Source: Candidatus Latescibacterota bacterium
GTDB lineage: Bacteria > Latescibacterota > UBA2968 > UBA8231
Length of the DNA: 64,000 bases
Direction of reading: 5' to 3'
Assembly: GCA_965217585.1 (NCBI GenBank)
Contig: OZ244561.1
Coordinates: forward strand, 896,001 to 960,000
Part shown: in pieces, positions 28,236-38,497 of the stretch
Numbering within the stretch: the first letter of the stretch is position 1
Layout of the letters: every line of letters begins with the position of its first letter
Position numbers and translations under genes: made by a program
The notes under the pieces: generated by a model
What the model was told of the DNA's origin: nothing
What the model saw: the letters and a program-made list of their open reading frames with translations, nothing else
Database searches by the model: none

Positions 28236-30277
28236 CCCCAGAAAATCACATTGCCGACCGTGCCGGTAAAATGGTCAATGACGAGGAAGATGCCGCCCGG
28301 CAGCAGTTGTCCCAAGATCAGGCCCATAAAAAACGGCCTAGTCTGATGGTAGCGCTCGGCACCGCCGTACTTGAGCACCAAGACTTTGATCAACCAAGCC
28401 AAGAACATATTGAACCACAGATGGTCCATAATCCAAGTCGGCCCAATGGGATAGCCCAAAGGGTGCAAGGGCCACCAAGCGTAGTGCCAACGGGCCACAG
28501 TCAAACCCAGCATGATGGCTGCGCCCAAGCCCATATTGATCCAGCCCCACAGATGCAACTCGCTCGGGTAGCGCAGTAAGCCCTCGACATAGCGGTAGGG
28601 GGCTTCGCGGCTGACCGTGCCTCGCAGGTTGAGATTGCCGTGCTCGTAGCTCAGCTCCAAGATCATCCAAGTTGAAGCCGCTAGCGCCACGGCTATGGCC
28701 ACGACCATGGCCCAGAACAAAGGCCGACGCCCCCGGCCCAGTTCCCCGCCCAGTTTCAGGCTGTTGGCACAGGAGGCCATGACAAAGCTGCGGACATTGG
28801 CCGTCCAGATATAGGTGCTGGCCAGCAAGACCAAGCCCGGCGCTCCCAGCGCCGACGAGCCTACCGCGGAGATGATGATGCCAGCCGGCACCACGGGCGG
28901 AGCGCCGTCGGATAGACCGCCTTCAGCCACTATCCGGGTAAAAGCGACAAAAAGGGCACCGGCCAGAAACAGCAACGCCACGCCAGCCCACAGCGGCAAT
29001 CCGGCCAGCCACAGCCAGCCGAGCATGATCGCCACACCGACGGCGAGGATAGCCACCGCCGCCCGGTACGACAGTATTTCCTCGCCGTCATCAACGGCCG
29101 GGTCGCCGGACCAGGCCTTGCGCCAGACCGCGGCCAGATGGCGGCGAGCAGCCCACAAGCCGCCGAGGAAGAGGACCACCATCGCACCCATAGCGTGATA
29201 GACCTGAAGCGTGTGCGGGATGTCGTGCCCACCACCCAAGCTGGGCGTATTGCCCAAGCCGAGGATGGCGAAAGCGCCGCGCAAGACATTGGCCAACAGG
29301 TTGAAAACCCACAGGCTGAGCGCGACTTCGGTCTTGAGAAAATAGAAAAAACCGAAGATGTGGAAGCGGAAGGCGATGTACAGCGTAGTAGTGCCGCGCA
29401 TGATCGGCAATTCTTGGTGGAGCAGATCGACGCTGCGGGCGAAATGCACTCCTTCCGGGAAATAGGCGTACAGGCCGTGCAGCGTGCTCCAAGTGGCGGC
29501 GAGGGCAAAGCCGATCCACATCCCCCGATTTTTGAAAAAAGGCGGCCAGCGCTCTGTGCCCTCTCCCATTGCGGTCATGGCCAGAGGCACTTGCACTAGC
29601 GGATAGACGAGGCGTTCGTTGTCGATCCACTGCCGCCGCAGCACGACCATGATGGCGATCATCACCAAGAAGAGGGACCAGATAAAGGGCTGCCAAGCCG
29701 CCAGTGCCAGCAGCCAAGCTTTCCACGGCACAATGTAGGAGGAACCCATCCCCTCAAAGAAAAACTGGGCGTCGCCGAGCTGGCGCGGCATCATCCAGTG
29801 GGGAATGTGGGGATGGATGAGGCCCTGCCAATCGTTTTCGGGCGTGGCAAAGTAAAAGGGGGAGGCGAGCTGGCTGATGATCCGCGAGGTAAAAATGATG
29901 GGGATGGGCGAGGCCATCACCATCATGATATAGACCAGCAGCAATTCGCCCCGGCGCAACCCCTGCGTCCCACCCAGCTTGAGCAGGGGATTGATCAGCC
30001 CCGTCAGCAGAGACAGCAGACAAACCGCCCCGACCGTGCTGAAGCCCAAAGCCATGAAGGAGCCTTGCAGGTACAGGGTGCTATAGGCCACGCCGCCGCC
30101 GATGAAGGCAGCCAAGAAAGTGCCTAGGGCAAAGGCCCGGAGCGTAAAGGCCGAGCCGGCCTCTTCTACGGTAGGCTCCGGGTCGGGCGACTTTAGGTCC
30201 AGCCGCGAGCGAAAGGCGGCGGGCAGCAGACGGCCGACTCTGCCCGACTCAGGTGTGCTAGCGCCGGTCGCCGGCAT
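28232..30277 (-). CDS. DUF6785/DUF6784-type polytopic membrane protein (putative OPT-related transporter), paralog A
   Basis: LRRGELLLVYIM, YFATPENDW, RRQWIDNERLVYPLVQVP, RIVAEGG, WWPLHPLGY, AWLIK.LVLKYGG, RPFFMGLILG. Confidence 0.85.
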   Translation of the reverse strand: MPATGASTPESGRVGRLLPAAFRSRLDLKSPDPEPTVEEAGSAFTLRAFALGTFLAAFIGGGVAYSTLYLQGSFMALGFSTVGAVCLLSLLTGLINPLLKLGGTQGLRRGELLLVYIMMVMASPIPIIFTSRIISQLASPFYFATPENDWQGLIHPHIPHWMMPRQLGDAQFFFEGMGSSYIVPWKAWLLALAAWQPFIWSLFLVMIAIMVVLRRQWIDNERLVYPLVQVPLAMTAMGEGTERWPPFFKNRGMWIGFALAATWSTLHGLYAYFPEGVHFARSVDLLHQELPIMRGTTTLYIAFRFHIFGFFYFLKTEVALSLWVFNLLANVLRGAFAILGLGNTPSLGGGHDIPHTLQVYHAMGAMVVLFLGGLWAARRHLAAVWRKAWSGDPAVDDGEEILSYRAAVAILAVGVAIMLGWLWLAGLPLWAGVALLFLAGALFVAFTRIVAEGGLSDGAPPVVPAGIIISAVGSSALGAPGLVLLASTYIWTANVRSFVMASCANSLKLGGELGRGRRPLFWAMVVAIAVALAASTWMILELSYEHGNLNLRGTVSREAPYRYVEGLLRYPSELHLWGWINMGLGAAIMLGLTVARWHYAWWPLHPLGYPIGPTWIMDHLWFNMFLAWLIKVLVLKYGGAERYHQTRPFFMGLILGQLLPGGIFLVIDHFTGTVGNVIFWG

Positions 30278-30385
30278 TAAGGCCCGTCTCTATGGGAAGA
30301 CCGGACGGAGCCACGGTTTTAGTTTTGGAAGATAGGGCGAACTGTTCCGCGAGCAGGTCGGTCATGAGCTATCCATTTCGCCGCC

Positions 30386-31273
30386 TTAGAAGGAGATCCC
30401 GACCCGCCCCTTGCCGACGATGGATTTCTCCAGCGCCTCCAGAACCGCCACTGCGCCCAACATGGTCTCTGCGGTATCCGTGGACTGTCCCTTCCTGAAC
30501 GTGCGTACAAAAGCGCGGACGCCCGGATAGTACATGCTCTCCGGGTAGGGCATGGTCTGAATAGTCTGGTCGATACGGCCTTTGGCGCCGATGACACTCA
30601 GGTGGAAAAAGGCTCCTGCCGCCCCCTCTTCTCCGATCAGATTTACAGTGGCCACCTTGCCGTCTTTGTACGCTATCGCACCCACGTGGTTCTTCCCCCG
30701 CCCCCGGACGACCTGGACGTGACTCACTGCATAGCCGAGCAGCCGCAAAACCATTTCCACTTGGTGGATCCCATAGAAGAAAACACCGCCCCACCTGCAC
30801 TTGACATCGCAGGGGCCGGTGGAGACCACTGCGTGGATCGGGCCCAATTGGGATATCCGCTTTTGCAAAGCCACAAATGCGGGCTGCAAGGGGACGACTC
30901 CAAACGAACAGACGGGCACCCCCAAAGCTGAGGCCCGCGCCAGGAAGCGCTTGGCCTCGGCAGTACGGCAGCAGAGCGATTTGTCGATATAGAGCGGCAG
31001 CCCGGCTTCCAGCAGCGGTCGGGCCGCTGGCAGGTGAAATTGGGGATGGCGATGGGCGATCACCGCGGCGTCGACCGCCCCGATCAGGTCCTCGGGTCGG
31101 GCCGCGATATGGGGAATATTGCCGTTTGTTGCCACTGTCCTCGTCCGGTGGGCCGCGGTTTCCCCCACTAGGTGCGTCACCCGCGCCCCACCGACGATCT
31201 TGTCCACATTCAGGGCCCTCGAAAAGGACAGGGAGTGATTGCTGTCGGCGCCGACCATGCCAATTTTCAACAT
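30386..31273 (-). CDS. Gfo/Idh/MocA-family oxidoreductase
   Basis: LKIGMVGADSNH, VDAAVIAHRH, LEAGLPLYIDKS, FFYGIH. Confidence 0.88.
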   Translation of the reverse strand: MLKIGMVGADSNHSLSFSRALNVDKIVGGARVTHLVGETAAHRTRTVATNGNIPHIAARPEDLIGAVDAAVIAHRHPQFHLPAARPLLEAGLPLYIDKSLCCRTAEAKRFLARASALGVPVCSFGVVPLQPAFVALQKRISQLGPIHAVVSTGPCDVKCRWGGVFFYGIHQVEMVLRLLGYAVSHVQVVRGRGKNHVGAIAYKDGKVATVNLIGEEGAAGAFFHLSVIGAKGRIDQTIQTMPYPESMYYPGVRAFVRTFRKGQSTDTAETMLGAVAVLEALEKSIVGKGRVGISF

Positions 31274-31340
31274 ATTTCCTCTGCTGTCGCGCTGTGCCCG
31301 CCTCGCGTCTCATTGCTCGCGCTTGGGGCGCACCGGGAAT

Positions 31341-34300
31341 TTAAAACGGCTTCTCAAATCCCAGGATGATATTTATAAACGTGGCCAAGAACCGCTCTCC
31401 GGCGAACACCTCTGTGTTCCTGTGATCGAATTCTTTGACGCGGTGGCGGAGGCCCACGTTGGTCGAGATGAGATAGCCGAAATACTTGGAGTCGTTGGTC
31501 ATCATAAACACAGTATCGCGCTGTTTGAAACCGCGTCTGGCATCGACCAAGTCGGTCGCGCTATAGGGCAGTACAGCGCCAAATCCCTGCATCCCGAACT
31601 GGAAGCGGCTTCTCTTGGTCAGGCGGTACTCCAGTTTGATGAGGGGAATCACATGGCGCTCGTGTCTGGCGGCTAGGCTCTGGCTTTGCCGCCACTCCTT
31701 GAGGTAGCGGAATTTAAAACCGGAAAACAGGCTGAGCTTGGGGGCGAGCTGCCAGTTGTAGTCGATCTTGTGGACCATGGTCAGCCGCCGGCGGCGGTCG
31801 CTCTGCTGCTTTCTGCCGTCCCACAGGGCCCCTCCGCGCTGGAAATTGACCTCGACTTTGACCTTGTTGTGTATGTTGAGGTCGGGTACGGTCTGCCAGC
31901 GAGCGTCGGTGAACAAGCGCAGCAGCGTGCTGTTCTGATAGTTGAGCGGATCCTCGCGCCGCTGCTCGTTAAAGGGGGCGATTTCGACCGAAACCGCGCG
32001 GAACAACTCATGTCGCTGGGCCTCGGTGAGCACAGCTTCGCTGTACACGCTCAGCGGATCTTCCACCCCGTCCTCCACCTTTTCCAGCGAGGCTTCGGAG
32101 AAGAAGCGACCCAGGCTCGGCACTTGCCGCTCGTACCTGAGACGGGTGTAGCGCACCTTGCTGGGCGAGGAGCCGGCGATTTGCTCGGCTTGTAAGGCCC
32201 CCAGAGTCCAGGTCAGATCCGGCACCAGTCTGTACTGCCCGTACAGGTGCAGCCCTCGCAAATCGGGGTCGTAGGGATAGTCGGCCTCCCAGTCGTTCTC
32301 GCGCGTGTCAATGAAGTCGTTGTGGTTGAGATCTACACCGTAGTCGTAGTCCTGCGGGTCCGCGTCGTACATGAGGAAGGGTTCCACATGATCCGGCGTG
32401 CCATTGTAGTTCCGGTTGTGGTCGGGCACGCCATCGCGGTCCTCGTCCGTGCCCGGGAAGATGCCATCGACATCCGCTTGTCCCTGGTTGGGCGAATATA
32501 TCCTGTTGTACCAGCTATCGGGAAAGCGGTCGTCGTCGTCGTTGTCTTCGACCAAGCGGTGGATCATGGTATTGTTGTAGGCGATTGGATTGCCGAAAAA
32601 GTCGGTCTCATCGCGCCCGACATAGGTGCGTAGTTCCGTGCTGTACAGGGGCCCCATGGAAAAGTACTCCACCCCGAAGCCCCAGCGGCGGGCGCGGCGC
32701 TCCACGGCCATATAATAGGCGCGGTCGCCAATGGTGCTCCGCTTTCCCGGCAGTTGCTCCCGGTTGGTCGCGTTTATGCCGAGGGCGTCCAGGGGTACGC
32801 GCGGGGCGGGCGGACCGCTGGCGTACTGGGAGAAGCTGCTGCTGTGGGCGAATTCGGCGCGGATCTGGAAGCCTTTGAGAACCCCGTGGACATGGGCGCT
32901 GTACAGGTTCAAGCCCGTGGGCGTGCCCGCCTCGATTTGGAGCCGCTTCAAGGCGCCGGCCTGGGGGTTGCCTTTGGCGCGGGCAACCGGGCGGAAAAAG
33001 GTGGCGTAGCGATAGCGCCCCTTGTAGTTGACCCCCGGTGGATTGAGGTCGGTGCCGGCCTGGTCGATTTCCGCCACTTCAATGTGGTAGTCGTTGGCCA
33101 AGGTCAGGTCGACGCGCACCGAGCGAATCGGCTCTCCAAAGGGCTCTAGGTCAATGTACAGGATGCCGTATTCCCGTCCATCAAAGGCCTGCGGCAAATC
33201 CCTCCGGGTGTGCAGGCCGAGGAATTGACCATCGGGATTGAGGGCGGATCGCTCGGCCTGCTGGTGGGCGAATTCGCCGTGCACAGTAATCGGGTCCTCG
33301 GTCTCCTGATCGGCGTTGATCACATGGTCGGGACCAAAGAGTTTGAAGTCGCGGTAGTAGAGGTGGTCGATCCAGAAGGGGAATTCGTATCCCCGATAGT
33401 AGAGATCCGGGTCAAAGCCGGCATAGCCGATGTAGGGGTCATACGAACTGAAGACCGACCCCCGGTTGACCGACTGGTAGTCGTTGGGCACGGGGGGAAG
33501 GGGTTTGCGCTCGCCGCTGCGGAGCAGATCTTGGACATAGGGTTGGCGTTGCTCTCCCCGCTTGAAGAGGCGGACGATGAAGGGCTCCAGTTCCGGCCGC
33601 TCCCGGCCATTGACGTAGATATCGACTTGGTGGATCACTGGCCCTCCCCTCCCGTCTAGGGGCGAATCGTCCGATATGCGAATGGCGATCAAGGCCGGCG
33701 CATTCTGCATGGCGCCCGGCACGCCCTTGAGTGACCGGCTCCCCTCGCCCATCAGCGGTTCGTACTGATGGGCGTTGATGAAAGTGCCGCCAAAGTGGAG
33801 AAAGCCCACCTGGCGCTGGTAGTGCAGGCCCAGCAGCATGGCCTTGGCTTTGAGCTGGTGATTGGCTTCGACAGTGCCCAGACTGAGGGGGCCGTGGATG
33901 CGCGAGAACACGGCGGAGAAGGCGTCCCGTCTGGTGCCCAGATCCAGGCGCAGGCCGTTGAAATTGGCCCGCTTCAGGGTCAGCGGCGTGAACTTGGTGC
34001 GGATTTCGTCGCCGTAGATGATGCGAGACTGCCAGGCATCGGTGCCGTCCGTACCCACGATCACATAGTTGAAAAGTTGCCGGTAGCTGGCGTAGAGATT
34101 GCGCTCGACGTTTTGGACGCTGATAAAATCGGTGAAATCCTCGGGGGCTTCACCGTGGAATCTGACCTCGTCTAGGCTGGTAAACCCGCGCTCGATGCCG
34201 CGGCCCCGGCGCTCGATCCAACTGATGGCCTCGGAGCCGTAGAGCAGGCGATCTCCCAGCACACTGTAGAACGGCCGCAATGTGGTGGTGAAGGGCGGCT

Positions 34301-34592
34301 GCCGGGAATATGCCATTGAGCCGTAGTTTTGGTAGCGCATTTCCCCAAAACGCCCCACAAAGGGCTGGACCGGGAGCAGGCGCTGTGGACCCAAACGGGG
34401 CTGCTCCGGCACATCCCGATCCTCTTGTCCGAAAAGGCTTGCCGGCACCAAGCACAGGATCGCGAGTCCAGAGCGGGCCAAAGACGCGATTGAGCGGCAA
34501 TGCTGGTAGCGGCGCACCTGGGTGTGGAAGCACGAGGTGAGGCGGACGCGGAAGACCAGTGGTATACCGGAAAGCGTTTGCGGTTTGCACAC
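31341..34592 (-). CDS. Large secreted/outer-membrane hypothetical protein with Asp-rich, Ca-binding-like repeats
   Basis: Signal-like LAILCLVPASLFG; DNDDDDRFPD, DEDRDGVPD, NRNYNGTPD, DLNHNDFID; aromatic, beta-strand-like C-terminus ending FINIILGFEKPF. Exact start uncertain. Confidence 0.7.
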   Translation of the reverse strand: MCKPQTLSGIPLVFRVRLTSCFHTQVRRYQHCRSIASLARSGLAILCLVPASLFGQEDRDVPEQPRLGPQRLLPVQPFVGRFGEMRYQNYGSMAYSRQPPFTTTLRPFYSVLGDRLLYGSEAISWIERRGRGIERGFTSLDEVRFHGEAPEDFTDFISVQNVERNLYASYRQLFNYVIVGTDGTDAWQSRIIYGDEIRTKFTPLTLKRANFNGLRLDLGTRRDAFSAVFSRIHGPLSLGTVEANHQLKAKAMLLGLHYQRQVGFLHFGGTFINAHQYEPLMGEGSRSLKGVPGAMQNAPALIAIRISDDSPLDGRGGPVIHQVDIYVNGRERPELEPFIVRLFKRGEQRQPYVQDLLRSGERKPLPPVPNDYQSVNRGSVFSSYDPYIGYAGFDPDLYYRGYEFPFWIDHLYYRDFKLFGPDHVINADQETEDPITVHGEFAHQQAERSALNPDGQFLGLHTRRDLPQAFDGREYGILYIDLEPFGEPIRSVRVDLTLANDYHIEVAEIDQAGTDLNPPGVNYKGRYRYATFFRPVARAKGNPQAGALKRLQIEAGTPTGLNLYSAHVHGVLKGFQIRAEFAHSSSFSQYASGPPAPRVPLDALGINATNREQLPGKRSTIGDRAYYMAVERRARRWGFGVEYFSMGPLYSTELRTYVGRDETDFFGNPIAYNNTMIHRLVEDNDDDDRFPDSWYNRIYSPNQGQADVDGIFPGTDEDRDGVPDHNRNYNGTPDHVEPFLMYDADPQDYDYGVDLNHNDFIDTRENDWEADYPYDPDLRGLHLYGQYRLVPDLTWTLGALQAEQIAGSSPSKVRYTRLRYERQVPSLGRFFSEASLEKVEDGVEDPLSVYSEAVLTEAQRHELFRAVSVEIAPFNEQRREDPLNYQNSTLLRLFTDARWQTVPDLNIHNKVKVEVNFQRGGALWDGRKQQSDRRRRLTMVHKIDYNWQLAPKLSLFSGFKFRYLKEWRQSQSLAARHERHVIPLIKLEYRLTKRSRFQFGMQGFGAVLPYSATDLVDARRGFKQRDTVFMMTNDSKYFGYLISTNVGLRHRVKEFDHRNTEVFAGERFLATFINIILGFEKPF

Positions 34593-34681
34593 GGGATTTA
34601 CCGGGGTTTTGGCGACGGCGTTTCACAATTTGTCCCTCAACATAGTGATTTAGCCGCAATGGACCAAAGAAAACAAAGCGG

Positions 34682-35686
34682 TCAGATCGGTCCTTTGTGG
34701 CCGCGGCCAATGGCCTCGCCTAGGCGCATGGTGTGGACGGCGTCTTCGAGGGTGGACCAGGGGGTCTGAGCCCCGAGGATGCAGTCGGCAAAGTGCCGGG
34801 TCTCGTCGAAATGGGGACCGCCGGTGGGCTCGAGATCCAGTTCGCCTCGATAGGGCGCTCCGCGGGTGCCTTGGCCGCGGCCCTGATCGACGGCCTGGTA
34901 CAGTTCGCACTCGGGCGCTCCGTTGAGGTCGAGGTAGGCGGAGAAATCCTCGGCGTGCACCTCGGCGCGGCGGATGCGAAAACCCACGCCGCTGTGGTGC
35001 ATCATGGTGGCGATGGCGCCGCTAGCGAAGTGGATGACGGCGTTGTGGCGGCCGGCCCCGTCGCGCTCGCCTTGTTTGATCAGTGAGTAGACTGCCGTAG
35101 CTCTAGCCGCTTCAGTGGGGGTGCGGCCGGCCAGCCAGCGCAGCAGGTCGACGTGATGGATGGCGTCGCAGATAATCGAAGGGGGCGTGAGATGGGCCCA
35201 AGCTCTGGAGCCGATCAGATCGAGGTGCTTGTTGTATGTGGCGGCGCAGTGCACCGGCCCGCCTCTCTGCTGCACTAGGCGGCGGACGGCCAGGACTTGG
35301 GGGAAGTAGCGGCGGTTGAAGGAGACCATGTTCTCGCCTTTGCTGCGGCGGGCAACCGCGGCCAATTTCTCGGTATCGGATGCACTCATGCCCGGGGGTT
35401 TTTCCAAGGAAGTGTGCAGGTCGCGCTGGAGGCAGTCAATGGCAATGGGGGTAAGGTGGCCGGGCATGGTGCAGATGTGGACCAGATCCAGAGCGCAGGT
35501 ATCGAGCATCCGGCGGTAGTCGGCAAAGGCGCGTTCGGGCTTCCATTGGCGGCGATTCTGCTCCAGCCGTTTGCCGTCGACTTCGCTGATGGCCACTAGG
35601 TGCAGTCGGGGTTCGGCGGCGATCATGCGGAAGTGCTCTTGGGCGTGGCCACCGCAGCCGATGACGGCGACTTTCAAATCTGCCAT
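34682..35686 (-). CDS. Gfo/Idh/MocA-family oxidoreductase
   Basis: Start at ATG 35686 after GGAGG; KVAVIGCGGHA, LEKPPG, FNRRY, DAIHHVDLLRWL. Confidence 0.92.
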   Translation of the reverse strand: MADLKVAVIGCGGHAQEHFRMIAAEPRLHLVAISEVDGKRLEQNRRQWKPERAFADYRRMLDTCALDLVHICTMPGHLTPIAIDCLQRDLHTSLEKPPGMSASDTEKLAAVARRSKGENMVSFNRRYFPQVLAVRRLVQQRGGPVHCAATYNKHLDLIGSRAWAHLTPPSIICDAIHHVDLLRWLAGRTPTEAARATAVYSLIKQGERDGAGRHNAVIHFASGAIATMMHHSGVGFRIRRAEVHAEDFSAYLDLNGAPECELYQAVDQGRGQGTRGAPYRGELDLEPTGGPHFDETRHFADCILGAQTPWSTLEDAVHTMRLGEAIGRGHKGPI

Positions 35687-35714
35687 GGTCTTTCCTCCGT
35701 TAATTCGCAGAACA

Positions 35715-37658
35715 TCAATAGACCGGAATGCGATTGCCCACCATGCCGGTAAAACCGTCGATGAGCAGCCACAGGCCGCCCACGACGAATTGCCCCAGCA
35801 CAATCCCGAGGAAAAACGGTCTGGTCTTTTGGTACAGGGCCGGGCCGCCGTACTTCAGCACCAGCACCTTTATCATCCAGGCCAAGAAGACGGAAAACCA
35901 GATATTGACCATGGCCCAGCCCATACTGACGGCAAACCCGAGGGGGTGAAAGGGCCACCAGATAAATTTGTGGCGGGCGATCATCAGGCCCGCCATGATC
36001 AGACCGCCCACTGCGGTCCACAGCCAGCCGCTCAGGCTCGGTCCGGTGGGGTTGGCCAGTTTTTGGGCGGCGAAACTCGAGGGATACGTGGCAAAGGTGC
36101 CAAAGTACTGGCGGTGAAGATTCAGCGCTCCGTCGCGGTAGGCTAGGTAGAGCAGGAACCAAGTGGAGACCACCAAGCTGATCAACATGGCCGCGACAAT
36201 GGCTCCGAGCAGGGCCCGCTGGCCTCTGGTCGTCTCGCTGCCGAGGCGCAGGCCATTGGCCAGCGGCGCGGCCATGAAGACCAGCAGGTCGCCGGCCCAG
36301 GCCAGGGTGTACCCGGTGGCGATCATGCCCTTGGCACCCAAGGCGGGGACGCCGACTCCAGAAACGACAAAACCAGCCGGAACCATCTCCGGGGTTACAG
36401 TGGCCAACCCGGCCTCGGCAATGACGCGCGCCAAGCCGATGAAGATGACCAGAGCGGCAAAGAGGAAAAAGGGCGTGATCCAGCCGGGAATGCCCGATTT
36501 CCACAGCCAGGATCCCATGATGGCCACGCCGAGGCAAAAACCGCAGACCGCCGTCCTGTAGGACATGATTTCGCGGGTATCGTCTATTGGGGCATTCTTG
36601 TCCAGGGCTTTGTGCAGGACCGCCTTGAGATGGGGGCGTGCGGTCCACAGACCAAAGAGAACGAGGATGATTAAGGCGCCCATCATTTGATGGCCCACAA
36701 TTGCGCCTATGGGTCCGGAGCCGGTCCAGGGGCCCAGTTCTTCCGGACTGTGAATCCCCAGAATTGAGAAGGTGCCCCTCTCAATCAGGTGGAGTAGGTA
36801 GAAGAACCAGAGGCTAAAGGAAATACTGGTATTGATGAAGTAGGCAAAGCCGAACATCAGGAGGTTGAGCCTGAGATTCAGGGTGACACTGTTGCGAAAG
36901 AGCGCTAGGCTGGCCTGGGCTTCGATCGGCGAGATAAAGTAGAAGTAGTGGTGCAGGGCATTGACGCTGTTGATCGCGAAGGGGATGGCAAAACCGCACC
37001 ACATGATGCTGCTTTTGAAAAAGGGCTTGACGAGCTGTTCTTTGGCGTCGTCTTGGAGCATGGCCATGGGCACCTGGACAAGCGGGTAGACCAGACGCTC
37101 GTGTTCGCTCCACTGGCGCCGCAGAATGACTGTGGCGCAAATGAGGATCAGGTAGAGCGAGGCGTAGAAGGCCAGCCAGCGGAGCAGGGGACCCGCCCAG
37201 ATGTTCCAGGGAATGCGCAGCGGACCGCTGGTGCCCTCGTAGAAACCCTTGATGGCGGATGCGTCGTACACCACCAGCCAGTCCGAGAGGATGGGATGGA
37301 TCAATTCGGCCCACTCGTTCTCGGGGGTAGCGTAGTAGAAGGTGCCGGTGATCATGGGCAACAACATGCCGACCACGCCGCGAGTGGGAATGGCGGTTGC
37401 CACCATCATCATGATGAAGACGGTAATGAGTTCGCCCCGCTGAAAGGCCCAGTTGCGCTTGAGCAGACCCAGCGGGATATGAATGGTAGCCAGCAGGACG
37501 AAGAGCAGGAAGAAGGCCGCGGGCGTGCAGGAACTGAGTCCGAGTCGGGTGCCCTGAATCACCATGCTGCCGTAGGGAATGCCGATGGCGATGACTACGC
37601 ACATCAGGCATCCCACGAGAAAACCGCGCAAGGTGATGGCCGTCTGCTGGGCAGGCAT
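35715..37658 (-). CDS. DUF6785/DUF6784-type polytopic membrane protein, paralog B
   Basis: RGELITVFIM, YYATPENEW, RRQWSEHERLVYPLVQVP, RVIAEAG, WWPFHPLGF, LKYGG, RPFFLGIVLG; collinear with paralog A. Confidence 0.85.
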   Translation of the reverse strand: MPAQQTAITLRGFLVGCLMCVVIAIGIPYGSMVIQGTRLGLSSCTPAAFFLLFVLLATIHIPLGLLKRNWAFQRGELITVFIMMMVATAIPTRGVVGMLLPMITGTFYYATPENEWAELIHPILSDWLVVYDASAIKGFYEGTSGPLRIPWNIWAGPLLRWLAFYASLYLILICATVILRRQWSEHERLVYPLVQVPMAMLQDDAKEQLVKPFFKSSIMWCGFAIPFAINSVNALHHYFYFISPIEAQASLALFRNSVTLNLRLNLLMFGFAYFINTSISFSLWFFYLLHLIERGTFSILGIHSPEELGPWTGSGPIGAIVGHQMMGALIILVLFGLWTARPHLKAVLHKALDKNAPIDDTREIMSYRTAVCGFCLGVAIMGSWLWKSGIPGWITPFFLFAALVIFIGLARVIAEAGLATVTPEMVPAGFVVSGVGVPALGAKGMIATGYTLAWAGDLLVFMAAPLANGLRLGSETTRGQRALLGAIVAAMLISLVVSTWFLLYLAYRDGALNLHRQYFGTFATYPSSFAAQKLANPTGPSLSGWLWTAVGGLIMAGLMIARHKFIWWPFHPLGFAVSMGWAMVNIWFSVFLAWMIKVLVLKYGGPALYQKTRPFFLGIVLGQFVVGGLWLLIDGFTGMVGNRIPVY

Positions 37659-37725
37659 CTTCAGCTCCCTTCAACGCGGATAATTGGCCAAGTTCGAAAT
37701 TGGACCAACCTTGTAGCAGATTGCT

Positions 37726-38424
37726 TCACTCCAACCGCTCTGCGAGCAGGCGGGGCAGTTCGCCTAGGTGGGCTATTTGGTGGTATTGCTGGCGCTCGGC
37801 CTCGGAGGGCTCGACGCTTTCGTGGGTCCAAGTAGTGTGATAAGGCACATAGACGGCGCATCCGCCCAAGGCGACGACGGGCAGGACATCCGACTTGAGC
37901 GAATTGCCCACCATGCAGAAATCGGCGGCACGGACGCCGTGGCGCTGCAGCAGGGCCGCGTAGGTTTGCTCGTTTTTGTCGCTGACGATTTCGATATAGG
38001 TGAAGTGATCGGCCAAGTCGGAGCGGGCGATCTTGACCTCTTGGTCGAACAAATCGCCCTTGGTCAGCAGCATCAGGGGACGAGTTCGGGCCAAGCGGGT
38101 GAGCACTTCCTCGACGTGGGGCAGCGGTTCGATGGGCATTTGCAGCAGCTCTTTGCCATAGTCCAAAATCTGGCGGATTTGCTGCCCGGTTACCGCGCCC
38201 TGCGTCAGATCGAGGGCCGTCTCGATCATGGACAAGGTGAAACCTTTGATGCCGTAGCCAAAGTGAGCTAGGTTGCGCATTTCAGTCTCGTACAGCTCCC
38301 GCTCGGTCCACGCCGGATCGCAGTCGGGGGCCAACAGATGCTTAAAGCGGTCTTTGGCCGTTTCAAAGTAGATCTCGTTTTCCCACAGGGTATCGTCGGC
38401 GTCAAAGGCAATCAGGGCGGGCAT
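37726..38424 (-). CDS. HAD-family hydrolase
   Basis: IAFDADDTLW, LLTKGD, MVGNSLKSDV. Confidence 0.92.
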   Translation of the reverse strand: MPALIAFDADDTLWENEIYFETAKDRFKHLLAPDCDPAWTERELYETEMRNLAHFGYGIKGFTLSMIETALDLTQGAVTGQQIRQILDYGKELLQMPIEPLPHVEEVLTRLARTRPLMLLTKGDLFDQEVKIARSDLADHFTYIEIVSDKNEQTYAALLQRHGVRAADFCMVGNSLKSDVLPVVALGGCAVYVPYHTTWTHESVEPSEAERQQYHQIAHLGELPRLLAERLE

Positions 38425-38497
38425 GGCTGGCTGTGTTTTTTTCGGTAATCAACCAACACAATCTTACCTCGGCCTCGGCGGGCAGGACGGTCGCCCA

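Noticed and set aside
30369-37835. Long overlapping ORFs 30369-31313, 35674-36648, 36814-37674 and 36948-37835
   Set aside because: Shadow frames of well-supported genes in GC-rich DNA, with no recognisable motifs.
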